This document shows, in pieces, positions 23,557 to 36,669 of a stretch of DNA of 64,000 nt. The stretch's first letter is position 1, and each line of letters begins with the position of its first letter. The stretch is from Macrostomum hystrix (taxonomy: Eukaryota; Animalia; Platyhelminthes). The DNA is taken from positions 2,294,001 to 2,358,000 of the forward strand of contig CATNEN010000038.1 in the NCBI GenBank assembly GCA_950097015.1, in the 5' to 3' direction. The notes beneath the pieces were generated by a model. It worked only from the letters and a program-made list of their open reading frames with translations. It was not told the DNA's origin and did not search any database. Both the position numbers and the translations under genes were made by a program.

Positions 23557-25922
23557 AATGTTGTCTTGTGTAGTCCGACAAAACGAAGAGCAGAAAAAAA
23601 ATGTAATGGGCCTACACTCTAGTCTCTACAGTCAAGGAAGTCAGCAATGCTAAAAATCAATGACGAGCTCAGTTACAGATGCGTCTCTAAAAGGCTTGTA
23701 CACAAGAAACCGCTTAAATTTTGTAAATTTTAAGACAAAACTGAAGAAATACAAATTTTATAACAAGACCGTATGCTCTACTACGTCTAGTACACAGGCC
23801 TGTACTAGCTAGTTCTAAACGAATTCAAAATTTTGACAATTAGGAATGCTGACAGTTTGAAAAGGTAACGTTCTAAGAAAATATCGTGTTTTCTGGGAAA
23901 AATGACTAATCTAGTGTACTTTTTAAACCAGATTTTTTTATCTTGTATACATTTTTACGCGTCCTGTGACAAAATCTTCCTGGCTAATAGCTATACGAGC
24001 CAGATTGTAGCATTTTTGTTTTAAACTATTGTAAGCATTTTACGGAATTTGATAGTCAAATTCCCTTTCTCGGCCAATCTTTCTCGTCTGTTTAATGGAC
24101 GCTTGCAATCGATGTCGATAAATCTCTTGGCGTACATATTCCAGAATGGTAGGCATTACACAAAACAAACTGATGCACAAATGCATATGCACGAACATTT
24201 ATGACGAATTTTCTTTGAAAAGGTCGATTGATCATATTTTTTCCAGACTTAGGCCACCCTTGCATGATTTCTTTTCTTTTCTTATATGCTAGCATGAAAA
24301 TCAAGACTTGGCAATGAATATTTTGGTTGTGCCATCAAATAAAAGGATCTAGTTGTGCGTGTCACAAAATAGCGATATATATTTAGTAAATGTAATTTTC
24401 TGTTATCAATGGAATCCAAAAAACGAGTTTAGCATTCTGAACGTATACATGAAAGCGCTAAAGAAATAAATTATTTTGGAAATAATGAAAAGGTATAAGA
24501 AATGTATAATAAAGAAAATGTGTAGGAGGTGTAAAGTATCATTTAATGTCTAATTATATTACTCCGTTGGGTAAGCGATAAAACAATGGTTGCTAGTAAG
24601 AAACTACAGTAGTACTTTGCATTACACATTCTTCGCGTAAATTGCGTAATAAAGTGCTTATGTAACAATAAAGGTAAATATTTTTCCTATAATGGGTTTC
24701 CAAGGTAATACCATTTCTCACATTTTTATACACTCGACCAGTCTCGTTTTAATTGGAATTTTACTAGTCAGGGACTCAGGGTGAAGGGATAAAGGTAAAA
24801 GGCATCGAGTGTGGCATATCATTTTACTCGTCTTTCAACAGCACCAGTTTTATTGCTGAATTTTTACTAATTCCTTCATGCCAGTTTAGTATTACATCTA
24901 TTGTAACACCCCGTGGCCGTGATTCATTACTCACCGTGTATTGTCAGCAATTTTCTTCCATTAAAATGCATAATCCTTGCTTTTTAATCTATTTAGGTAG
25001 CCGGTATAATTTTGATATATCGATATTGATATTGATAGCCTATATATGGATATATTTGATATAATTGATATATCATATTTACATTATGATATCTGTAAAA
25101 GCGAGACTGTTTCGCTTTTATTATTGAAAAAACCTAAATATCGGTTATAACCCTACTAATGATCAATAAAATTTCTGAGTGTAAATCAGCAAATTCATTT
25201 AACATTTTAGGAACTTTTACTACCTTGAGCAATGCTGTTTAGATTTTATACTTTGTATGCTCTTAAGACCAAAGCAACTCGAATGGCAAGACCATGTCCA
25301 AGTCCTTTATTTCTACCATAATAAAGTTGTACCAGTCTTTGTCTGGTCCTATACAATTGATCGTCAGGAAATTTTTGTTGCTGACGGCTTATAGTTTACT
25401 TAAAAATTCAGGAGTTAAAATTAGTCATAAAAATAAAAATAAACTATTTGTTTGTCTGCTTTAAATTTTAAATCATCTTTTGTAACTTCCATCTGTTACC
25501 TTGTTTTTTGTGTTGTGTTCTTTGAATGTAAAGTAGGCATGCACGCTTTAACTTTATGATTTATTTTGTTAGTGTAGCTAGGCAGAATACCTAATTAGCT
25601 ATTCTAATTCTAGCTTATGACTACAATGGATGGTTACTAAGTAGACTTAATTGTTTTTTTTCAGATAAAAAATTCAGAGGATTTTATTAAGATCATCCTA
25701 TCTAAATGCTGCTCTGCTGGCAGCAGTTGTTTTAATGAATTTCAGAAATACTTTTTTGGGAGTTGCTGTCTGTACAGTACATTTTTAAGGAAAAGTTGTT
25801 TATTCTTTTTTTGAGATCCTATTCTATGCTTTAAATTTAATATAATAACTAAGAATTCGTCTTTCATTGTCACTTAATATAGAAATTTTTAAAACGAATA
25901 AAATTATAAATTTCATCTGCAG

Positions 25923-28737
25923 GCTGACGAACGTTTTGCCCTCATAGCCGAGTGGTTCGATTCGCAGGCCGCCATTGTGCGCCGCTACCAGCTGCTCTAT
26001 TATGCCAACGATGGCACTGTCGAGATGTTCGACATAAAAAATCGGCGCTCCTTTTTGCGCCGAACCACCGTCGATAATCTGAAGCTGAGCGACCTCTTTG
26101 TTGGCAACACGGTCAACGTGCTGTCCCGGCAGCTCACATTTGTTGACTATGGCGACGAATTCACTAAGCGCCGATTGGGCCAGCGAACTGAGCGCACCTG
26201 CGCCCTGGTGAAGCCGGCCGCCTTCGCCAAGCTGGGAGCCATTCTGGAGGCCGCGCAAGCTGCCGGACTTGGCGTGGCCAACCTGCGCATGTGCCGCTTG
26301 GACAGGTGACTAAGCACAACTGCTCAAACTCTCTGTTCATAACTTCTTTTAATTGAAGCTTAAAACCCACAACTAAAAGCCCAACTTCTGCTTCATTGCG
26401 CAGAGCCGAGGCCTTGGAGTTCTACCGCGAGCACGAGGGAAAGTCTTTCCTGCCACAGCTGCTCAGCTCCATCACTTCCGGCCCAATCATGGCGCTTGAG
26501 CTGATGGGCCCGGATGCCGTGCAGGTAATTTTCTCATAAACCATTTGAGCTATGAGAAACAAAATTAAATCTGGCTCCGGCTGCTGTTAGACTTTAGATA
26601 CGTAGCTTAGTCGTGCGATTCTGTATCCGGGATCTGGGGATTGTGTATCTGGGATCTGGGGATTGTGATCTGGGATCTGGGGATTCTGTATCCGGGATCT
26701 GGGGATTCTGTATCTAGGATTTAGGGATTGTGTATCTGACATCTGGGGATTCTGTATCTGGTATCTGGCGATTGTGTATCTGGTATCTGGGGATTGTGTA
26801 TCTGGGATCTGGGGATTGTGTATCTGAGATCTGGGGATTCTGTATCTAGGATTTGGGGATTCTGTATTTGGGATCTGGGGATTCTGTATCTAGGATTTAG
26901 GGATTGTGTATCTGACATCTGGGGATTCAGTATCCGGGATCTGGGGATTCTGTATCTGGGATCTGGGGATTGTGTATCTGGGATCTGGGGATTCTGTATC
27001 TGGGATCTGGGGATTGTGTATCTGGGATCTGGGGATTGTGTATCTGGGATCTGGGGATTGTGATCTGACATCTGGGGATTCTGTATCTAGGATCTGGGGA
27101 TTCTGTATCTAGGATCTGGGGATTCTGTATCTAGGATTTAGGGATTGTGTATCTGACATCTGGGGATTCTGTATCTGGTATCTGGGGATTGTGTATCTGG
27201 GATCTGGGGATTGTGTATCTGAGATCTGGGGATTCTGTATCTAGGATCTGGGGATTGTGTATCTGGGATCTGGGGATTGTGTATCTAGGATTTGGGGATT
27301 CTGTATCTAGGATTTAGGGATTGTGTATCTGGGATCTCAGAATTAGGTATCTGGGATTAGAAAACTCAGTTATGACCATAATCTCACAGAATGACCACTG
27401 TGATTTTCGGTGGTTATGACTCTTTACTTCAATATAATGCAATGGTTGAGCCGTTGCAAAGTTATTTAACGATTTGCTAAGGTCCAAATAATGTTTTCGA
27501 GGCTTCCTAGCACACCAACCTGCTACAATATCTGAATTTGACTTGGTTTGTTTTTAGTGGAAAAATTCCATGACTTAGGCTTCCCAAAACTCAAAAACCA
27601 ATCCTCGTCCTTCGCCCCACCCCCACTCCGGCCGCAGGCATGGCGCAGTCTGATTGGCCCAACCGATCCGGCCAGGGCCCGCCAGGAGGCACCGAGCAGC
27701 CTGCGCGCCCGATTCGGCCAGGACGCCACCAACAACGCCGTCCACGGCTCCGATAGCGAGGCCAGCGCCGCCCGCGAGCTGGGCTTCTTTTTCCCAGCTG
27801 GCGGGCCGGCCAGGATTGCCAACACCTCCGGCGGCGGCGGCGGCAGCTGCACCTGCTGCCTGGTGAAGCCGCACTCTGTGGCCACCGGCTGTCTCGGCCA
27901 GATTCTGTCTGCCATCTCTGACGCCGGCTTCTCCATCAACGCCATGGCCATGTTCCGCCTGGACAAGACCAACGCCGAGGAATTCCTCGAGGTGTACAAA
28001 GGCGTGGTTGCCGAGTACAACTCCATGGTCATCGAGCTGACCTCCGGGCCCTGCGTGGCCCTGGAGATTGGCGGACCTGGCGACGTCTATAAAGAGTTTC
28101 GCGAGTTCTGCGGGCCAGCTGATCCGGTGGGTGTGGGATCATTATCACAGCAATAAATCCCACACGTGTCGTTAAAGGAATCCCATGTCTTAAAATGAGA
28201 ATCCCACAGGTGCCTAAAAAGGAATCCCATAGTGCCCGAAAAATATATTCCACAGGTGTCCAAAAATAAATCCCACAGGTGTCCAAATAGAAATCCCACA
28301 GGTGTCCGAAAAGAAATCCCACAGGTGCCTCAAAAAAGTACCAAAAGTGTCCGAAAAAGGAGTCCCACAGGTTTCTTACCACAGGTATCCAAAAAATGCC
28401 ACACTTTCCGAAAAAAGAGACCCACCGGTGTTCTCAAAACGGGAATCCCACAGGTGTCCGAGAAGATAAATCCTACACGTTTCTAAAAAGGAAACCCCAT
28501 ACCCAGAATAGCAGAACAGTTCCGTCAGCAGGTGTTATCTATCATAATTACATGCTGTCGATATGAAACAGTATTTTCCGCACCCCACCCCGCCAGGAAA
28601 TCGCTCGCCATCTGAGGCCGCGCACTCTGCGCGCCAGATTCGGCAAGGACAAGGTGCAGAACGCGGTGCATTGCACAGACCTGCCCGAGGACACCCAGCT
28701 GGAGGTGCAGTACTTCTTTGACATCCTGGACAAGTGA
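25923..28737 (+). CDS. NME7: Nucleoside diphosphate kinase 7 (DM10 plus two NDK domains); start-codon exon not located
   Basis: Exons 25923-26305 ([47 protein letters not shown]...ERTCALVKP), 26404-26524, 27638-28126 (NAVHGSDS; CTCCLVKPH; EFCGPADP), 28597-28737 ([32 protein letters not shown]...*). Confidence 0.95.
26615..27340. repeat. 22-bp minisatellite in NME7 intron
   Basis: ctgggatctggggattgtgtat repeated. Confidence 0.95.
28153..28490. repeat. Degenerate minisatellite (aaatcccacaggtgtcc core)
   Basis: Recurring aatcccacaggtg units in the last NME7 intron. Confidence 0.75.
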
Positions 28738-29836
28738 AGGCCTTGTCGCTAATTGCTTTAACCGCAGGATTTTTTATTTATCGATGGACATTTTCTAAGA
28801 AACTATTTAAGAAAATCTGCTTTATAAACAGCCAGCAAGTTGAGGTTTTTCAGAAATGAATTGTGCATGATGGCAAAATCTCAAATAATTATGTGGGTTA
28901 TATCAGCATTACAGTCTACTCAACATTGGCTGGTCCTTGGCCTTATTTGTGTATTTCTGTAGCTAAAACTGTTACATGCTGCAAGCCGTGGTGTTTGATA
29001 ACTGTTTGACAATTATATATTTATGTTTCTTATTCTCACGGTATATCTGAAGTGACAAAAATAAACTAACTAATTTCAGCCGTCCGCTACATATCTGTTT
29101 TATTAAATAAAAAATTATCTACTTATAATATTAAAAATATCGACCGCTTGCTTATTTACTACTCCGCATACAAAACGAGGCTGTAAAGCAATGATTAAAG
29201 CTTTAACAGTAGAACTACCAATGGGCGGAGGCCCCATGACAATAATTTGAGCAGCACCCGAACGTAACAGCGCAAGCACACAAAGTTTAAGAACACGGGC
29301 CAAATTTTTGTTGCGCATCTTCTGAAACATGAATCAAGTCGCCAGCTCTTCAGGCCGTCGAAATATTTAATATTTCTGGCCCAAGGCGGATTTCGCGTGT
29401 CGGCGCTAGTGTATTTCATACACCCCTATACACAAATTTGCACTGCGCCTGAGTACGGCCTTGCCAGGCCTCCAAAATGTATCGGCATGTCACCCAAATG
29501 TGCCTGCATCATCTCCGTCCTCGGTGGTCACCTACCTTTATTCTTGACGGACTGCTGGACCTTCAAGGCCTACAAATAGGCCACGTCAATGGACGCCCTG
29601 ACGCGAATTTCTCCAGATTCACTCATCAAGCCTAAATATTAGGCGCAGCTCAACCACAGTACACCATTGCCTAGTCTGTCAACCAATCAGTCGCTACTCA
29701 ACCCTGTTAGCATTCAGGTGCTGCCAAAAAAATTTTGGGGAGGGGAATTCAGCCCCTTGTTATAAAAACGGGCGGCAAAATGTCTTAGTGTTAATTATAA
29801 ATCTGGGCTGTAGTTGACTCCAGTCCATGGCATAAA

Positions 29837-30144
29837 GCAGAGGTTGTAGCCTAGTGGTTAGGGCGTCGGACTCACGACTTGAAGGTCGGGGGTTCGATTC
29901 CCGACTCCACTGGAACAATTTGCGTCCTTTAGCAAGACACTTAACTCTGCATTGCTTCAGTTCACCCAGCTGTTAAATGGGTACCAGCATCAGCTGGGAT
30001 AATTGAAGGTGGGTGTGGCGTCCCCCCAGTCCGTGGACTGAACAGCTGTACGCAGCCTTCAGATGCGCCGCGCATTAGCTGCGGCTGCACATCTGGCCCA
30101 ATTGGGGCAGGTGTAATCAATTATTATTAATTATTATTATTATT
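29837..30144 (+). mobile_element. tRNA-derived CORE-type SINE, family A, near full length
   Basis: A box TAGCCTAGTGG, B box GGTTCGATTCC, CORE-like agcaagacacttaactc...cacccagctgttaaatgggtacc, (ATT)n tail. Related copies at 35232-35490 and 60790-61049. Confidence 0.85.
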
Positions 30145-30616
30145 ATGGACTGAACAGCTCGCTGTACTCTGGCTGTTTAAATCTCTATCAAAGCAATTCT
30201 TTTAGACTCAAAACTGAGAAAAAATGCTAACGAGCTTCTCAAGGCTTTGTTTGAAATCATGAAACTTTCAGCAAAATCAAAGTTTCAACTTGACTCTTGG
30301 TGTAATTTTTAGAAGGAATAATCAAATCAGCGCAGTTAAGTAATGAAATACTGCTCATGCGGTGCCAATCAATAATGCCTGCACAATCGATGCGATCGTA
30401 AACTGACAGAAAACAGAACGAACGATACCACAGAATACATGATTTTAGTAGTTTTGTGATTGGCTAGAAAACAGTGACGAGTGAGCTAAGAATGATAAAT
30501 TACTGGAATATATCTATTGGGTCTAAATCACTGAGCACAAAGTTAATAATGGTTGATGATCTGAAAAATTATATGGAAGGATTCTATATACAATAAACAA
30601 AGAGTTCTGTAACTTG

Positions 30617-31000
30617 CATCTGGGATCTGGGGATTCTGTATCTGGGACTGGGATCTTGGGATGTGGGGATTTTTCATCTGGGATCTATAGGGATTCTGGG
30701 ACCTGGGGATCTATAGGGATTCTGGGATATGAGCATCTGGGACCTGGGGATTCTGTGTCTGGAGATCAATATATATGGATTCTGGGATCTGAGGATCTAC
30801 AGGGATTCTGTCTTCTGGGATCTGAGGATCTGGGGATCTAGGATCTGGGGATTCCGTCTGTGATCTGAGATGATGGATCTGAGGATCTACAGGGATCTGG
30901 GGATCTGGGATCTGGGGATCTGGGATCTGGGGATCTGGGATCTGGGAATCTGGGATCTGGGGATCTAGGATCTGGGGATTCCGTATCTGTGATCTGAGAT
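30617..31000. repeat. GGGATCT-rich degenerate tandem repeat
   Basis: Variants of (gggatct)n. Confidence 0.85.
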
Positions 31001-31257
31001 TATCTACCTGAGTATTATAAAGCATGGCGTATAATTCGATAGATTAGTATTTTGGATTCTGATTTTTAGTGCATGCCCTTATTAGTAGATAGCTATGAAT
31101 GTTGTAGAAAACCGAAGAATTTCATAGTGACTAAAACACCAGACTATCAGAGATTGAATTAATGTACGAGCAATTACTATTATAGTTGGAAAATGAATGT
31201 CAAATGACACAAAGGCACCTGTATGTGGCGCTAAATTCGGAGGTACACACATCTTTC

Positions 31258-31456
31258 ACAGATCATAAGTACAGATCATGAGCACAGATCATGAGCACAG
31301 ATCATGAGCACAGATCATGAGCACAGATCATGAGCACAGATCATGAGTACAGATAATGAGCACAGATCATGAGTACAGATAATGAGCACAGATCATGAGC
31401 ACAGATCATGAGCACAGATCATGAGCACAGATCATGAGTATAGATAATGAGCACAG
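31258..31456. repeat. 13-bp minisatellite directly after the AMT stop codon (3' UTR)
   Basis: gcacagatcatga, about 15 copies. Confidence 0.9.
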
Positions 31457-31458
31457 CT

Positions 31459-34400
31459 CTAAACTGATCTGACGCCGCCGGTGTAGTAGGTTGCCGGAAG
31501 GAACGGCATCTTGGCAACAATGCCGCGGTATTTTTTTCCTCGAATCTCCAGCCGCACCGGCTGACCGACGGTCGCATTCTCGCGTCTCAGGTAACCCATG
31601 GCAACCGGCTGGTTCAGGCTGGGGCTCATGCAGCCGCTGGTAATGACACCGATGGCTGGTTGAAGGGATGATTAACAAGTTAATAAGAGGTCAGTTATTG
31701 ATCCAATCTGGGAGATATCAGGGTACTGAAAAGACAGTAAATCCCGATCTGAGAACAATGAGAACACAATTATCCCCTTCTGAGAACAATGAGAACAAAG
31801 TTATCCCTATCTGAGTCAGTTGAACCACGCAACTTAAACTTACGATCGTCACCGGCGCCTTCGGCGAAGACGGCCGCGCCGTGTCGAGCCGGAGGGCCTT
31901 CGAGGCCCAGCAGACCCACTCGGCGGATCTCCGGCTGGGCTGAGGCGGCCGCGGCCAGCTGCTGACTGCCGAGGAAGGCCTCAGAGCCGCGTTCGCGGGC
32001 CTCTTCTCGACGCCGTTTTGAGATGGTCCACATGAGGCCCGCCTCGACCTGTAGGAATTATATGGGATCAGGATCTGGGATCAGGATCTGGGATCAGGAT
32101 CTGGGATCAGGATCTGGGATCAGGATCTGGGATCAGGATCTGGGATCAGGATCTGGGATCAGGATCTGGGATCAGGATCTGGGATCAGGATCTGGGATCA
32201 GGATCTGGGATCAGGATCTGGGATCAGGATCTGGGATCAGGATCTGGGATCAGGATCTGGGATCAGGATCTGGGATCAGGATCTGGGATCAGGATCTGGG
32301 ATCAGGATCTGGGATCAGGATCTGGGATCAGGATCTGGGATCAGGATCTGGGATCAGGATCTGGGATCAGGATCTGGGATCAGGATCTGGGATCAGGATC
32401 TGGGATCAGGATCTGGGATCAGGATCTGGGATCAGGATCTGGGATCAGGATCTGGGATCAGGATCTGGGATCAGGATCTGGGATCAGGATCTGGGATCAG
32501 GATCTGGGATCAGGATCTGGGATCAGGATCTGGGATCAGGATCTGGGATCAGGATCTGGGATCAGGATCTGGGATCAGGATCTGGGATCAGGATCTGGGA
32601 TCAGGATCTGGGATCAGGATCTGGGATCAGGATCTGGCATCAGGATCTGGGATCAGGATCTGGGATCAGGATCTGGGATCAGGATCTGGGATCAGGATCT
32701 GGGATCAGGATCTGGGATCAGGATCTGGGATCAGGATCTGGGATCAGGATCTGGGATCAGGATCTGGGATCAGGATCTGGGATCAGGATCTGGGATCAGG
32801 ATCTGGGATCAGGATCTGGGATCAGGATCTGGGATCAGGATCTGGGATCAGGATCTGGGATCAGGATCTGGGATCAGGATCTGGGATCAGGATCTGGGAT
32901 CAGGATCTGGGATCAGGATCTGGGATCAGGATCTGGGATCAGGATCTGGGATCAGGATCTGGGATCAGGATCTGGGATCAGGATCTGGGATCAGGATCTG
33001 GGATCAGGATCTGGGATCAGGATCTGGGATCAGGATCTGGGATCAGGATCTGGGATCAGGATCTGGGATCAGGATCTGGGATCAGGATCTGGGATCAGGA
33101 TCTGGGATCAGGATCTGGGATCAGGATCTGGGATCAGGATCTGGGATCAGGATCTGGGATCAGGATCTGGGATCAGGATCTGGGATCAGGATCTGGGGTC
33201 TGGGATCAACAACTTACCGGTGTCCTGGTCTCATCTATATCGTTGCCATAGAGACACAATCCGGCCTCCAGCCGCAGCGAGTCCCTGGCACCCAGGCCAA
33301 TGGGTTTGACCAGGTGGTTATCGAGCAGTGCGTGAGCCACCTTCATGGCGCCATCAGTTGGCACGGAGATCTCAAAGCCGTCCATACCAGTGTAGCCGCA
33401 TCTGTGGGAGTAGATTAGGCCAATTGTGCTCTGGTTGCTGCAATGCCAATATGAACCCATAGAAACGGGAAGTGCACCTGGTGACGCGGCACTCGGGCAC
33501 ACCAAAGACGGTGACATATCGACCGTGCATAAATGGCAAATCTTTCAGATCGAATCCGGCGATTCCCTTAGCCAGAACTTGTGCTGCCTTGGGTCCCTGC
33601 AGAGCCATCAGAGCCGCTTGAATGTACTCGATGCGAACATCCAGAGCCCTGGCCTGCAGAACGGATAGACAGGTTGCTCAGGAGGCGCAAAATTGAGCCA
33701 AAATTGCATTTTTTCGGAAACCCACCTGAAACACGCCGACCCAGTGGTCCAGGTGGGCGCGAATCTTCTCTGCGCAGCCGGCATTGGTCACCAGGTAGAA
33801 GTGCGGCTCGTGACACCGGCTGACAATCAGGTCGTCCATGATGCGACCCTGACTATTAAGAAATAGCGACAGGCAGGCCTACAATGCATTGGGCAAGTCT
33901 TGAAAGCGGTAGCTAACGAAATCCATGCGCACATGGGGTGGTGGGTGCAGTTTGGATGGTGTACCATGCGCACATGGCTGGTGGGTGCACCATGCGCAAA
34001 TGGGGAGGTGGGTGCAGTTTGGATGGTGTACCATGCGCACATGGCTGGTGGGTGCACCATGCGCACATGGGGTGGTGGGTGCAGTTTGGATGGTGTACAA
34101 TGCACATATGGGGTGGTGGGTGCAGCTAAAAAATAGCGGCGCACACCTGACCCGGTGCCAGCGCGTTCACGTCGGCCACGGTGAGGTAAGACACCAGGTG
34201 GTTCCTGTTGATTCCGCACACTCGGAGCTGCTGCATGTGGCTGACATCAAACAGGCCGGCGCTGTCCCTGGCGTGCTTGTGTTCAGCCACAATGCCACCG
34301 GTGTACTGCACGGGCAGCGAGTGTCCTGAGAACTCGACCATCCGGCCGCCGTTCTCCAGGTGCAGATCATACAGCGGGGTCCGCTTGGCAGCGGCGATCT

Positions 34401-34476
34401 TTGCGGAGAGGCGCCGTGAAGCTGGACAGAACCTCAGCGGCATAGCGCCGCACTGACGGAAGGCGCGGCTCAACAT
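31459..34476 (-). CDS. AMT: Mitochondrial aminomethyltransferase (glycine cleavage T protein)
   Basis: Exons 34147-34476 (Arg-rich presequence; [17 protein letters not shown]), 33726-33878 (IMDDLIV), 33478-33653 (ALQGPKA), 33218-33401 ([32 protein letters not shown]), 31844-32048, 31459-31655 ([10 protein letters not shown]...AMGY...KMPFLP). Confidence 0.96.
32062..33207. repeat. Near-perfect 13-bp tandem array filling AMT intron 4
   Basis: (tgggatcaggatc) about 88 copies, one internal variant (ggcatc near 32637). Confidence 0.97.
33922..34125. repeat. Composite minisatellite in AMT intron 1
   Basis: accatgcgcacatgg...ggtgggtgcagtttggatggtgt units. Confidence 0.85.
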
Positions 34477-34597
34477 CGCAATGGGATTGGTCCGATTCCA
34501 GTCGGCTTGAGTAGGGATCCGGGATGTTTATCTACCTCGCTGAAATATGGGCCATAATAACAATGTCCTGGATACACGTTCGAGTGCGTCACACCTA

Positions 34598-35202
34598 GTG
34601 GGATGTGCGAAGTGGGATATATACCGAATTGGGATGTGCGAAGTGGGATATATCCCGAATTGGATGTGTGAAATGGGACATATCCCGAATTGGGATGTGT
34701 GAAATAGGACATATCTCGAATTGGGATGTGTGAAATAGGACATATCCCGAATTGGGATGTGTGAAATAGGACATATCCCGAATTGGGATGTGTGAAATGG
34801 GACATATCCCGAATTGGGTTGTGTGAAATAGGACATACCCGAATTGGGATGTGTGAAATGGGACATATCCCGAATTGGGTTGTGTGAAATAGGACATATC
34901 CCGAATTGGGTTGTGTGAAATAGGACATATCCCGAATTGGGATGTGTGAAATAGGACATATCCCGAATTGGGTTGTGTGAAATAGGACATATCCCGAATT
35001 GGGTTGTGTGAAATAGGACATATCCCGAATTGGGTTGTGTGAAATGGGACATATCCCGAATTGGGTTGTGTGAAATAGGACATATCCCGAATTGGGTTGT
35101 GTGAAATAGGACATATCCCGAATTGGGTTGTGTGAAATGGGACATCACAAAGTGCGATGTGCGAAGTGGGACATATCCAAATTAGGATGTGCGAAGTGGG
35201 AT
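34598..35202. repeat. 29-bp minisatellite just upstream of the AMT ATG
   Basis: gtgtgaaataggacatatcccgaattggg(a/t)t, about 20 copies. Confidence 0.9.
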
Positions 35203-35231
35203 GAAAAGTGACGAACCCCAAAAACTACGAT

Positions 35232-35490
35232 AGGTAGCCTAGTGGTTAAAAGCTATGGACTTCTGACCGATGGGTCGGGACTCGGGGGAGTTAGAATCTC
35301 AGCACTTAAATCCCAATCACTTTAGCTCACCCAGCTGATAATTTGCTACCAGCATCAGTTGGGGAAGACATAGGGTTGGGAACGGCGGTTTCACAGTCCA
35401 TGGACCGAACAGTTGTACACAATCTTTAGGTGCGCCTTTGAATCGGTGCGGTTGCGTCATCCGACCCAACTGGGTAAGACGCCATTTTTT
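35232..35490 (+). mobile_element. Degenerate SINE family A copy
   Basis: gtagcctagtggtta...cacccagctg...taccagcatcag...cagtccatggaccgaacag, similar to 29837-30144. Confidence 0.7.
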
Positions 35491-36669
35491 ATCTACCTGA
35501 AACTAAATGGGGGGTTGTGTCATTCCCTAAAACCAAATGCCTAGATTCGAACAGGAATTACAAATGTTGGAGAACTGCAACTTGCAAATAATTTCAGAGC
35601 TTAAGCAGACAGTTTCTGATCACGTTAAAGAGAATCTCAAAGAGATTCTGAAGCCCTAGCACAGGTAAAAATGACAGATTTAATAATTTTCCACTATTTT
35701 ATTATTCAGACAAAAATTGCCGAAATTGAAAACATTGGAGACAACAAAGACAATTTTAACTTGTCTATGAACTGCGAATTAAAATCATAGCTTTTTGTTG
35801 CTGAACACACACACTCGAGACGCAATGCAGGGTAAAAAATGAAAAACTAAATAAAATTAAACAAAAGAAAATGAGTGACTCATGTAGATCTACTTTCCTG
35901 CATAAGTAGTATGCAGCGAGTCTGTCTGTAACGAACCTGTTGCTATATGAATCGGAAACTATGATTATTGGCTAGTTACACAATTACGAGTACATAGTGA
36001 AAGTTTACATAAGCCTTCTAAGTGCTTACATAAGCGCCGAAATCTAACACGAATGAATGGGCACAGTGGCCTATCCAATACACTGCAAACTTTGCATGCA
36101 TTGGTGTCGATGGTTCGATCCCAAATTACACCCTTTTGTGGCAATCTGAAAAGAAAATGGATTAACAGACCGATAATCTGAAGGGAAGTGGAAAAACAGA
36201 GATAATATGATGGGAATAGGGATAGCAGACTGAATGTCTAAAGGGAAGTGGGATTTTAACATGTGAAAATGTTATGGAAAGCGGGATACACAGACGGACA
36301 GACGAAAGGACCATATATATGACTTAAAAAAGTCAAAACGAATGCAATTCGGAGTTGAATGCAGAGTTAAATAAGTTACCGCATAAGCCAAAGTCGCATT
36401 TTAAGCAGTAATGATCAGCAGATAATTTTTCGCCCAAACGCACAACTTTTAAATGAAAAGTTTTATAGAAAGAAGAATCTGAACTCGAAATTTGTCTTAC
36501 ATTCCCGATTAAATTAGGTAGCACTGGGACGCAATATTAATTAGTATTAGGGCAGTTTCCTTCCAGCAAATTCTTGAGAAATTTCCTGCCAGTTGATTCT
36601 TGGGCAAATTCCTGTCAGCTTACTCTTAGTTTAAACAAAAAAGGGTTTTTGGAGAGTTTACTTTTAGCT

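Noticed and set aside
29840-29912. tRNA gene
   Set aside because: A and B boxes run into a CORE-like body and (ATT)n tail, with dispersed copies; it is a SINE head.
32023-33309. 428-aa ORF ([13 protein letters not shown])n
   Set aside because: Translation of a 13-bp tandem array lying antisense within an AMT intron; no coding evidence.
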